Below are positions 24,601-38,224 of a stretch of DNA of 64,000 bases, one piece after another. The notes under the pieces are model-generated. The model saw only the letters and a list, made by a program, of their open reading frames with translations, was not told the DNA's origin and did not search any database. The DNA is from Scenedesmus sp. PABB004 (lineage: Eukaryota): the NCBI GenBank assembly GCA_014905635.1, contig JABVCE010000004.1, forward strand, positions 310,001 to 374,000. Reading direction: 5' to 3'. Both the position numbers and the translations under genes were made by a program. Position 1 is the first letter of the stretch. Each line of letters opens with the position of its first letter.

Positions 24601-26139
24601 CAGGCGCAGGCGCGGCCCCGCGCCGGTGCCCTGCGCCGTGAGCGCGAGCGCGTTGCCGCCGGGCGTGGCGAGCGCGTAGGCCTGGCAGGAGAAGGCGCCC
24701 GCGGCGCGCGGCGCAAACGCGACGTGCAGCAGCCCATACGCGCCGGGCGCGAGCGTGCCCCTGCGGCGGCGTGGCGCGGCGCAGCGCACGGCGGGACGGG
24801 GCGAGGCGGGCGTCTGCGCGCGCCCCGCGCGCAGACCCCCGGCCGGCCCGCCGCGGTGCCGCGGCGCCGCGCCGGTCGCGTGGCGGCGCGCTCACTGCGC
24901 CGGCCGGACGCTGAGCGCGCCGTCGCCGCTGCCGGCGGCGGGCGCGACGGTGAAGCGCGCCGGCACCGCCGACGCGTTGCCGAGGCGCACCACCGCCTCG
25001 GCGCGGCCGCCGACGGGGACGTCCCCAAAGTCCAGCCGCGACGTGTCCAGGGAGAGGAACGGCAATTTGGCCATGCCGTGAATCTAGGGGGGGGGGGGCA
25101 GGCGCGGGCTGGCGACCGCTGCTGGCCGTGGCGCTGGGCGGCCGGAGCGCACGCGCGCCCCGGGCGCGCCGCACGCGCCTGCACGGTGACCAGCTCGCCG
25201 TTGTCCAGGCTGCACGCGGCGTTGGCGCGGTACGCGGCCGCCTCCTGCGGGTCAAACGTGACCTGCGCCGGGCGGCGGCAGGCGGGGGCGTGCGCGTATG
25301 CGCGCCATGGCCAGGGCCGCCGCGGCGCCGCGCACCCTGCGAGCCGCCGCCTTGCGGAGCCCCCCGCCGCAGCGCACCTCGCAGCCCAGCGTCTCGCCCG
25401 GCGCGAGCTGCCCCGCCGCCGGCGCGATGGCAAACGGCGGCTCCACGGCCCAGGCGAAGCGCAGCGGCGCGCCGCCGACGTTGCGGATGGGCAGCGCCAG
25501 CGCCGCAGCCTCCTTGGCGGGCACGACGCCAAAGTCGAGGCCCGCCGGCGCCGCGAGCCGGCTCGCCGGCAGCACCGCCTCGAGCGGGATCGCCAGCGCC
25601 GCGCCGCCGCCGACGGCGAGCTCCAGCGCGTCGGCGTACGCCTGCCGCCGGGCAGGCCGGAAGGCCACCTGCGGCATCCGCGTGGGCGCGTGGGCGCGCG
25701 GCGCGCGGGGCGGCGGCGTGGCGCGCGCGCGCGCGGTCGCCCGTGCCGCGCGCGCGCCTTGATGCTCGCCACCATGCCGGGGCTGAGCGTGTGCGTCTGC
25801 GGGAAGTCCACGCTGAAGGCGCTGCCGGCGGGGAGCAGGCGGTAGCTCACGCGCTGCACCTGCAGCGAGACGTTGCGCACAGACAGCGTCTTCACGAACT
25901 CGCCGCCCGCCGCCCATTTTCGCCAGCGCAGCTGCCGCGGCACCTCCAGGCCCAGCCTGCGCAGGGAGCAGCATGCGGTCGGGGTGGTGTGGGGCTGCGG
26001 CCCGCGCCGGGGGCGGCGCCCCGCGCGGCGCGCAGCAGCGCCCTCGCGGCGGCGGGCCGCACCGCTCCTCCAGCTCTGGGCCGCCCCGGGCGCGGGTAGA
26101 GCTGCTGGTCGCGACCGGAGACCGCGCGGGGCGTGGCAT
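18664..26139 (-). CDS. CFAP65: Cilia- and flagella-associated protein 65 (CFAP65/CCDC108)-like, many Ig-like ASH/MSP repeats
   Basis: N-terminal LEVPRQLRWRKWAAGGEFVKTLSVRNV. Repeated LDFG...L.N...F.W...P..G.L.PG...V.F.P units, FFRPTCVG, ELENWVE. ATG 26139 splices in frame (EER|LGLEV), TGA 18664. Confidence 0.8.
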
Positions 26140-27097
26140 GGCTCGCACGCCGGCCGCGCTGCTGCGCCGCTGCAAGACGGGCCCCCCACGGCCGCCTTCG
26201 AGCTCACGTGCGTGTGCCGATGGGCGTGCGGAATGCTGGAGGTCGGGCGCGGCCTGGCGTGGGCGTCGGGGCGCGGGCGGGCGCCGGTCAAACCCTGCGT
26301 CACTTTGCTGACTTGCTTGGCGCCGCGCGGAGCCCGGCGCTGGGTTGTTTACACCATGGACGCACCCATGGCAAAAACTTGAGCCGAGTGGCTGCGTCCG
26401 CACCCCGCCCGTCGCGCGTGGGGGCTGCGCGGCGCGCGCCCGCACAGAGGTGCGCGGGGCGACACCAATATCTGCGCAGACGATGGCAGTGCAGGCAGTG
26501 CCGGTGGTCGTCGTCCCTCCCGCCCTGCGCCAGCCAGCCACCAGCTGCAGCGCCCGGCGCGAGCCGCCGCCGCCGCCGCCCCGCCCCGCCCGCCGCAACG
26601 AACGCGTAAATGCAAGTTGAGCGAGCGCCTCTCTACTCGGCACCATGCGCGCCGAACGCCGCTCGGCGGCCTGCCGTTGCCGCCGCGGCGGCTGCGGGCG
26701 CAGCGCGCCAGCGCCGCGCCCACGCATACCCCGGGCGGCCGCCAGCGGCCGGGGCGCCGCCGGCCGCGCGCGCCCCGCCGGCCACGCCGCTCGCGCGCGC
26801 GCCGCGGACACGCCGCGCTGCTGCTCGCACGCTCGTCTCGCTCTCGCCACGTGCACAGCGGCGGCGGCGCAGCAACAGATCGACCACTCGGCGTTCAGGG
26901 AGCAGCTGCTTCTGCTCGTGTGCCGGCGCGCGCGCCCCCGCGCGCCGCCCCGCCCCGCCGGGCCTGCCGCGTGCGCGCCGCGTTGGGCGTGGCCGCTCGC
27001 ATGCCCGGCCGGCGCGCCGCGCCGCCCGCCCGCCCGCCCGCCCGCCGCCCCCCGAGTCCCCCCCGCGAGGCGCAGTGCACGAGGCCGGCGCGCGCGC

Positions 27098-30886
<3,789 letters not shown>

Positions 30887-31173
30887 CTTGCGGACCCGGG
30901 GTGGCACCGCGGGGCGCGCCTGGTCACGGGAAGAGGCCGAGCGGGGCGGAGGGGCGCCGGCAAGCGGAGCAGCAGCAGCACGGCCTTGAACCCCTCAGAC
31001 CCAGCGCAGCGCAGGAGCCGATTCCGGGCCCCCCGCTCCGGCAGCAGCGCTGCACAGCTCCTGCACGACTCTCCAGCACCCAGCACGGCGCGGCGTAGTC
31101 GGCACGTCCCGCGCGCGGCGCGCCCAGCCCGTTGGCTCTCTCGCCGGGCTCTCGCAGCGGCCGCTCGGGCGCC

Positions 31174-31834
31174 ATGGCGCTGGCGCGGCGAGGGACCCGG
31201 CGCCTCTCCGCGCCCGCGGCCCCGCACCGCCCGTGCGCGCCGCGACGACGGAGCACGCGCGCCCCGGACGCGCGGGAGCGCGCCGCCGAGCTGGCTGGCG
31301 GCGCCTGGGCCGACGCGGCGCCGGCGGAGCAGCAGCGCCCGTCGCCGCCGCCGCGCGCGGGCGCCGAGCACCGCGGGCTGCTGCTGGAGGAGCGCCCGGT
31401 GTCAGGTGCGCGCGGCCGCGGCGGCGGGCGGCGCGTCGCCGCGCAACCGCCGGCGCGGCGCGGCGCGCGAGCAGCGCTGACGCGCCGCGACACCGCCGCG
31501 CGGCGCCGCACGCGCAGTCGCGGAGCTGGTCGACCACATCTGCGCCGACGGCCTCGCCGCCATCGCGGCGACGTGGGCGGCGCAGGGCCCGGCCGCGACG
31601 GCCGCGCAGCTGGGAGCGCGAGGCCGCCCCATAAAGTGGGCGTGCTCCCCGGCCTCGCTACCGCCGTGGGAGCGCCGGCCGGTGGTCTCAACACCGGCGG
31701 CTGGGGGGATGGGGGCTGCCGGGGCGCCCCGGGGGGCGCCCCGGCGCCGCGGGCGCGCGGCGCGCGTGCGCGGCGCTGCCACCGCCGCGCGCGCGCCGCC
31801 GCCGCCGCCAACACCGACCATGGGCATCCTCTGA
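31174..31834 (+). CDS. Short spliced ORF of unknown function, or a 5' gene fragment, divergent from RPS3
   Basis: GCCATGG start. Intron 31406-31517 has G|GTGCG, a CTGAC branch point and GCAG|, joining LLLEERPVS to VAELVDHICADGLAAIAATW in frame. The 3' part looks non-coding and stops inside the hairpin region. Confidence 0.35.
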
Positions 31835-32035
31835 TCGCCGGCCGCCTGAAACAGGCCACAGCGGCGTGAGGCATGACGGTTTGGGACCGGCCCGTCGGTC
31901 GGTGCCCCCGCGAAGAGGGGGTCCCCCCCACCCGGAACGGGTGACAAGGCGAGAAACGCACGCGCACACGCCTGACCTAACCTGGCAACACAACACAACA
32001 GCAAGAGGCCTTTTAACGTCCTGCCCAGGACGGAG
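31810..32035 (-). ncRNA. Candidate Fanzor omegaRNA scaffold (hairpin-dense non-coding segment)
   Basis: Lies just downstream of the Fanzor stop. Stems at 32017-32032, 31929-31943, 31905-31921, 31885-31900 and 31844-31856, plus an 8-bp long-range pairing 31812-31819/31897-31904. Strand and function are inferred. Confidence 0.5.
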
Positions 32036-32059
32036 AGCGCAGCGCACCGCACACGCCGC

Positions 32060-33414
32060 TCACGCCGGGGGGTCCACCGCGGCGGCGGCCGCCTGCCGGA
32101 ACGCGCCGGCGAGGCGCGCGCCGCCCGCCGTGCCGCGGCTGCCGCGCAGCAACTCGTGCAGCGTGAGCGCGCAGATGTTGCGCGCCGCGTTGTCGTCGCG
32201 CGGCGCGACGACCGTGCACCCGGGGCACTGCACCAGACCATAGATGCCCCGCAGCTTCTCCACGCGCGCCCCGCAGACAGAGCAGGTGACGCTCGTGCGG
32301 TGCTCGTCCATGAGCACCGCGGCGACGCGCCGGCGCGCGTAGTAGGTGCGCAGCAGCGCCAGCAGCGCCTGCCGCGGCGGCCCCGGCCCCGAGATGCAGC
32401 CCCCCATGCCCAGGCTGGCGTCCCCGATGCCCAGCACCACCGCGGGCAGGTCGGCGGGCAGGCGCGCGTGCTGCCGGACGCGCCCGCGCACAAAGACCCG
32501 GCCGTATGCAGTCAACTGAATCGCCGCATGCAGCGCGCGCTGCTTCAGCCCGTGCTTCCGCAGCCGCCACGCACACTCTGCACGGCACGCAAGCAAGCTA
32601 TATGCGAATGCATTGTTGAGCACATGATGCACCCGGCCGTTGCGCCACGCCCCGGCGGCGGCGACGCTCGTGCCCGAGTATGCAGGCACGCGGTTCAGGC
32701 AGGCATGCACGCAGTCGCCGCCGCCGGGCGGGCGGCGGTCGTACCGCCCCGGCCGCCCCGGCCGCCCCTGCTGCCACGGCCGGTGCCGCTCGATCCCGCG
32801 CGCGTCGCGGTGTGCGGCGGTCTTTATTCTAATGATGCGCTCCGCCTCGTAGCGGCGGCCGTGGTCGCCGCGGTGGCGCGGCGCGTTGGGGCAGCGCCGC
32901 TGCGCGATGCGGCGGTGCGCGACGCGCGTGCAGCCCGGGCCCTGCCGCCAAGTCGCGGCACAAACCATGCGGGCCCGGCCCGGGTCGACTCCGACGACGC
33001 GCACGCCCGCGTGCACGGCCGCGGCCGCGCCGCGCAGCGCGTGCCCCGGCGGCAGGCCCTCCACGCCGCGCAGCTCGCACGGGTCGAGCGGCAGCGCGTC
33101 GAGCGCCGCCTCGTCGGCCACGCCGTGCCCAGCTGCGGCGTCGCGGCCAGCTGCTCCTCTCCCAGGCGGTAGCAGGCGAGCTGGCGCAGCGCGCCGCGCA
33201 CGCCCGCGAGCGCGCCCGGCGCGCCCGGCGGCGCGCTCAGCGCCGCGAGCAGGCGCGCGAGCTCCGCGCCGTCGGCGCTCTGCGCCGGCAGGAGCACGAC
33301 GCCCGCGCAGTCGGCTATGCGCGCCTGGCGCTGCGCCGTCCGCCTGCGCGGCTGCTGCTGCTGCTGCTGCTGCTCCTGCGTCAGGGGGGCGAAGAAGGCC
33401 GTTATCTTCGCCAT
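32060..33414 (-). mobile_element. Fanzor (eukaryotic TnpB-like) RNA-guided nuclease gene; RuvC/Zn-finger half intact, N-terminus atypical and apparently frameshifted at 33121
   Basis: RuvC-I VVGVDPG (D at 32984-32986), VLGIGDA...GPGPP, RuvC-II VLMDEHRTSVTCSVC (E at 32303-32305), CPGC, RuvC-III RDDNAARNI (D at 32195-32197). Intronless and locally more AT-rich than host exons. Confidence 0.88.
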
Positions 33415-33734
33415 CGCGCCGCCGCCGCGACGCAGCTGCGCGCGCAGCGGCTGCAGCGCTTGAACGGCGAGCGGCCGGGTGCGGCGTGCGCGGCGCGTGC
33501 GGCGGTGCAGACAGCTGCCCGGGGCGCTCTGGCCAGCCCGGGGAGCCCGGGGGAGGAATGGACAGCGACGACGGCGCGGCTTGAGCCCCGCCGACGCCGT
33601 CGTCGTCGCAACCGCCCGCCGCCACCGCCGCCGCCGGCGCCATTGCCCCGCGCACCGCCACGCGCGCGTCACGCTCGTCGTCGCCGGGGCAGCAGCTCCC
33701 GACGCCCGACGCACCGCGCGAGAGGGCGCCCCTG

Positions 33735-34345
33735 GCGCGCGCAGGCTGTGTGATGACTGGCTGGCTCACGCTCCAGCGCTCCTGCCCTGCGCGGCGCGCG
33801 CTGCGCACGCGCGCCGCCGCACGCCCCGCGCCCCGCGCCGCGCCGCGTGTGCCAGGGCCTGCGGCGCCCTGCGCCCCGCCACGCCGCCGTGGCGCGCTGC
33901 GCCTGGACCGGGCAGGGCGCTCCATCAGAGCACCACACAGCCGCTACCAACGGTGTGCCCACGTCCCGTACGCACACGCGCCCCGCTGCCGCCGCCTCCT
34001 GCGCACGTGCGGCGCCCCCTCCCCGCCGCCCGCTGCCCGGTCGCCGCGCGCCCGTGCGGTTGATTCAGTGAGGATGGCTCGCGGCGAGGCGCCGGGCGCC
34101 ATGCCCGGGCAGCCGTAGGCGGCGCCGCGGCAGCAGCGGCGCCGGCGCCATCGCGAGCGGCGGTCGAGCCGGCGCCATGGAGGAGGCCAAGGCCGCCGCG
34201 CTCTACGACGAGCTCCGCGCCAAGGGCGCGGGCGCACAGCGCGCCAAGCAGGGCCTGGGCTTCGGCGGCGGGTGCGGGGCGCGGGCGGCGCCGCGCTGCT
34301 GCCGCCGCCGCTGCCGCCAGCGGCGGCGGCGCGGACCGCGCGCGG
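33735..34345 (+). repeat. Copy B of the inverted duplication (promoter + exon 1 of the PRP40C-like gene)
   Basis: Matches the reverse complement of 14620-15215, including MEEAKAAALYDELRAKG.GAQRAKQGLGFGG and the GG|GTGCG donor. Confidence 0.95.
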
Positions 34346-37300
34346 CCCAGGCAGCGGGCGCCCACGCCTGCTTACCGGCGCACCCGCCACCGCAGGGGCC
34401 AGCAAGCGCCGCCGCCCGCGCAGGCGCCGCCGCAAGGCGGGCCACCGCCGGGCAAGTGGGGACCGCCGCCGCCGGCGTCGGCGCCGCACTTCCACGCCGG
34501 GCCGCACCCTGGACCGCCCGGCTTCGCACACCCCGGCGCGCCCGGCTTCCCGCCGCACGGCGCGCCCGGCTTCCCGCCGCCGCCCATGGGCCACTACCCG
34601 CCCGGCGGCCCTCCGCGGGGGCCGTGGGGCCTGCCACCGCCGCCCGGCTACGGCGGCACGCCCGCACCCGGCTACGGCGGCGCGCCAGCTCCCGGCTACG
34701 GCGGTGCGCCACCTCCCGGCTACGGCGGCGCGCCGCCGTCGGCGCCGTACGGGGTGCGGCGCAGCGACCGGCCGCCCGCGCGCCCCGCCGCCGCCGCCCG
34801 CGCCGACGCCGCCGCCCGCCCGCGCCGACGCCGCCGCCCGCGCCGACGCCGCCGCCCGCCCGCGCCGCCGCCGGCGCCGACGCAGGCGCCGCCGCCGTTT
34901 GCGGCGCCGCGCGGCGCGGCGCTGCCGCCGCCGGCGGCGGGGCGGCCGCTGACGGAGGAGGAGCTCGAGCAGCGCGCGCTCGAGGAGCAGGCGGCGGCGA
35001 TCGAGGCCGACTTTGCCGCCGCCGACGCGGCGGCGGCGCGCGCCGCGGCCGCCGAGGAGGCGCGCGCGCGCGTGGCCGCCTGGGCGGCGCACAAGGCCGG
35101 CGACGGGCGCACCTACTACCACAACAGCCTGACCGGGGAGTCGAGCTGGACGCGGCCGGACGGCTTTGCCGGCGACGAGGCCGGCGCGGGCGGGCCGCCC
35201 GTGCCCGTCGCGCAGGCGCAGGTCGGCGACACGCGCTGGTTTGAGGTCAAGTGCGCCGACGGGCGGCGCTACTTTTTTAACCACGCCACGCAGGAGACGG
35301 CCTGGACCGCGCCGCCCGAGGTGGTGGAGGCCAAGGCGCGCCAGGCCGACGAGGCCGCGGCGGCCGAGGCGCGCGCGCACGCCGCCGCGGCGGAGCAGCG
35401 CGCGTTTGCGGCGCGCCAGATGCAGCAGGCGTCGGTCGCGGCGGCGGCCGCCGGAGGCGGCGGCGGCGCCGGCGGCGGCGCGGCGCCGTGGGCCGCCGCG
35501 CCGGTCGGCGCGGCCGCGGACGCGGTCCGCGCGATGCACATGCAGCGCATGGCCGCTGCGCGGCAGCAGGGTGGCGACGCCGGCCACCTCGACAAGGGCG
35601 CGCGCGTGCAGGTGCCGCGCGCCGCACGCCGCGCCGCGCCGAGCGTGCGCCGCGCCGCCGGCCGCGCGCGCGCCGCTCAGCGCCGCGCCGCGCCGCGCCG
35701 CGCCACGCGCCGCCAGGCCTTCAAGCGCCTGCTGAGCGAGGGCGGCGTCAACGCGTTCAGCCTCTACGCCAAGGCCAAGAAGACCCTCGAAAAGGACCCG
35801 CGCTGGAAGCTGCTGCCCAGCGACGGCGAGCGGCGCCTCGTCTTTGACGGTGCGCCGCCGCGCGCGCGCGCGCCGCGCGCGCCGCCGCCGCCGCGCCGGG
35901 CCAGGCGGGCGGCCCACTCGCGCGCGCGCCGCGCGGCCCGCGCCGCGCAGAGTTTTGCAAGAATGTGGCCGAGGAGCAGAAGGCCCTTGCCGCGGCGGCG
36001 GAGAAGCAGGCGGTGGAGGGCTTCAAGTGAGGCGTGGGCCTGGCTGCTGCCTGGACCTGCCAGCCCGCTGTGTGTCGCGCCGCAGCGCAGCCGGCCGCCC
36101 ACGCCCGCCCGCGCCCGCGCGCGCCCGCGCCGCGCAGGGCACTGCTGGAGGAGGCGCTGCAGCTGGAGCGCCAGCTGCACGTCGCGCTGCTCGCGGACGA
36201 GCAGGCGCAGGGCGCCGACGGCGCCAACGGCGAGGCCAGCGCGGGCGAGGAGGGCGCCGCGGACGGCGCCGACGGCCCAGGTGCGCGTTCGCGATGGGCC
36301 CGCCGACTGCGGCGGGCGCGGCGGCCGCTGCTGACGCGCGCCGCGCCCGTCGGCAGGCGGCGCCGCTGTGCCGGCGCCTGACGACGTGCCCGAGGAGGCG
36401 CTGGAGCTGAGCCTGGAGCAGCTGGAAAAGTACTGGTGAGCGAGGGGCGCGGCGGCGCACGCTTGCGGGGCCTGCTGGGCACAGCGCCCAGCGCGCCCGG
36501 CGCCGCGCCGCAGGTCCAACGACGAGCGCTGGGACGCGGCCACGGCCGAGCAGCGCGCTGCCCTCTTCCAGAAACGCTTCGGCGCGGCGGCCGCCGCCGC
36601 GGCGGAGCGGCGCGCGGCGCAGCGGCGCCAGCAGGAGGCGGACTTCCGCCGCCTGCTGGTCCACCTGGGCGTGCACGCGGACAGCAGCTGGCGCGGCGGC
36701 GTGCGCGACGCGGTGCGCGCCGCGGCCGCGGCGCACCAGAAGCAGTCGGCGAGCGGCGGCGGCGACGCCGGCCGGGCGGCACCGGACGCGGCGACCGCGG
36801 CGGCCGCGGCGGCGCTGGACGAGGCCGAGCGCGAGGCGCTGTTCCGGGCTGCCGTCGCGGAGCTCGCGGCCGCGCGCGACCGCGCGGCGGCGAGCGAGCG
36901 CGCCGAGGCGGCGCGCGCGGCGGCCGCCGCAGCGCGCATGGCCGAGCAGTCGGCGGAGGCCGACGCGCGGCAGCGCCGCGCCGCGCGCAGCGACGCGGCC
37001 GCCGCGTTCCGCACGCTGCTCGGCGAGACTGTTCGGAGCGAGGTCGGCGCCGACTGGGACGCGTGGCTGCCCAAGCTGCGCAAGGACCCGCTGGTGCGCG
37101 CACGCGCGCGCCGCGTCGGCGGCCCGCGCGGCTGGCGGGCCGCCCCGCCCGTGCGGCTGGCCCGCGCCCGCGCCGCCCGCGCCCACGCCGCCCGCGCCCG
37201 CGTCGCGCCGCACGTGCTGCGCAGAAGCGGGCCAGCAATGCGCTGCTGGGCGAGGGCGACATGGCGCGGCTGTTTGACGAGCATGTCGCCGCGCTGGCCA

Positions 37301-37890
37301 AGGCGTCTGCCGCGGGCGCCGCCGCGGCGCTGCGCGAGCGGCTGACGCCGCTGCTGCCGGGGCCGCTCGCGGCGGTCGCGGCCGCGGCGTCGGCGGGCGT
37401 GCCCGACCCCGCCGCGGAGGCGGGCGCGGCCGCGTGGCGGCGCGCGGGCGACGGCGAGCTGGCGGACGAGCTGCGGCACTTTGCCGCTGCGGACGACGCG
37501 CTCGGCGGCGACGAGCGCTGGGCCCGGGCGCCCGAGGGGCTGAGGCGGAGCGCCTGGCGCGCCTGGGTCGACGAGGCCGTGTGGGGCAAGCCGCCGGCGC
37601 CGCCGGGCGGCGAGCCCGGCGCGCACGCGCGCGGCGGCGCGGGCGCGCGCGACCCGCCGCCCGCGCGGGAGCGCGACCACCGCGCGCCGCGCGACCACGG
37701 CGGCCGGGACAGGGAGCGCGAGCGCGACCGGGAGCGGCGGGACGACCGGGAGCGGCGGGATGACGGCCGCCGCGAGCGCGAGCGGGAGCGGGAGCGGGAG
37801 CGCTCCCGGTCCCGCTCGCGCGAGCGGGAGCGCGGCCGCGGCAGTCGCTACGAGGGCGACGAGCGCGACCGCAAGCGGGCGCGCGGCTGA
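34177..37890 (+). CDS. PRP40C/TCERG1-like WW + FF domain RNA-processing protein
   Basis: Pro/Gly-rich N-terminus and two WW domains (WAAHKAGDGRTYYHNSLTGESSWTRP; WFEVKCADGRRYFFNHATQETAWTAP). FF repeats (AFKRLL...DPRWKLL...RRLVFD; AFRTLL...W...LRKDP) and an RE/RS tail. Exon 1 34177-34271 splices in frame to 34396. Confidence 0.88.
34643..34740 (+). repeat. Coding 24-nt tandem repeat (PGYGG[T/A]P[A/P]) x4
   Basis: CCCGGCTACGGCGG recurs with a 24-nt period inside the Pro-rich exon. Confidence 0.8.
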
Positions 37891-38224
37891 CGCCTGGGCG
37901 GCGCGCGCCTCGGGGTGGCCGCGGGGTCGGTTACCCGGCCGCGCGGCGTGTGTGGTGCAAACCCCTGATGCATGCCGGCCAAGGGCATGAGAGTCGCGCA
38001 GTGCCCCGACACGCTGCCGCTGCAGGCCCTACGAACGAAACAATGCCACCGCGGCGCGCCCGGCCGCCGCCCGCGCGCGCGCGCGCGCGGGCGCGCGCAA
38101 GAGATCGCCCCGCGCGCGCGCCTACCAAAACACCAAAACAACCGCGCTGCGCGCCCCGCCGGCCAGGGCGGTCCGGGGCGCCCGCTGCGCCACCTGCGCC
38201 GCGCCCGCTGCGTGGTCGGCCCGC

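Noticed and set aside
31831..31960. Hammerhead ribozyme (CTGA...GAAA) in the structured region
   Set aside because: The core reads CTGATCG, not CUGANGA, and the three-stem geometry with NUH could not be built.
33415..33925. N-terminal part of the 621-aa ORF 32060..33925 as a genuine Fanzor N-lobe
   Set aside because: Low-complexity translation that overlaps the duplicated promoter, with no WED/REC-like character. Only the 3' part is convincingly coding in this frame.
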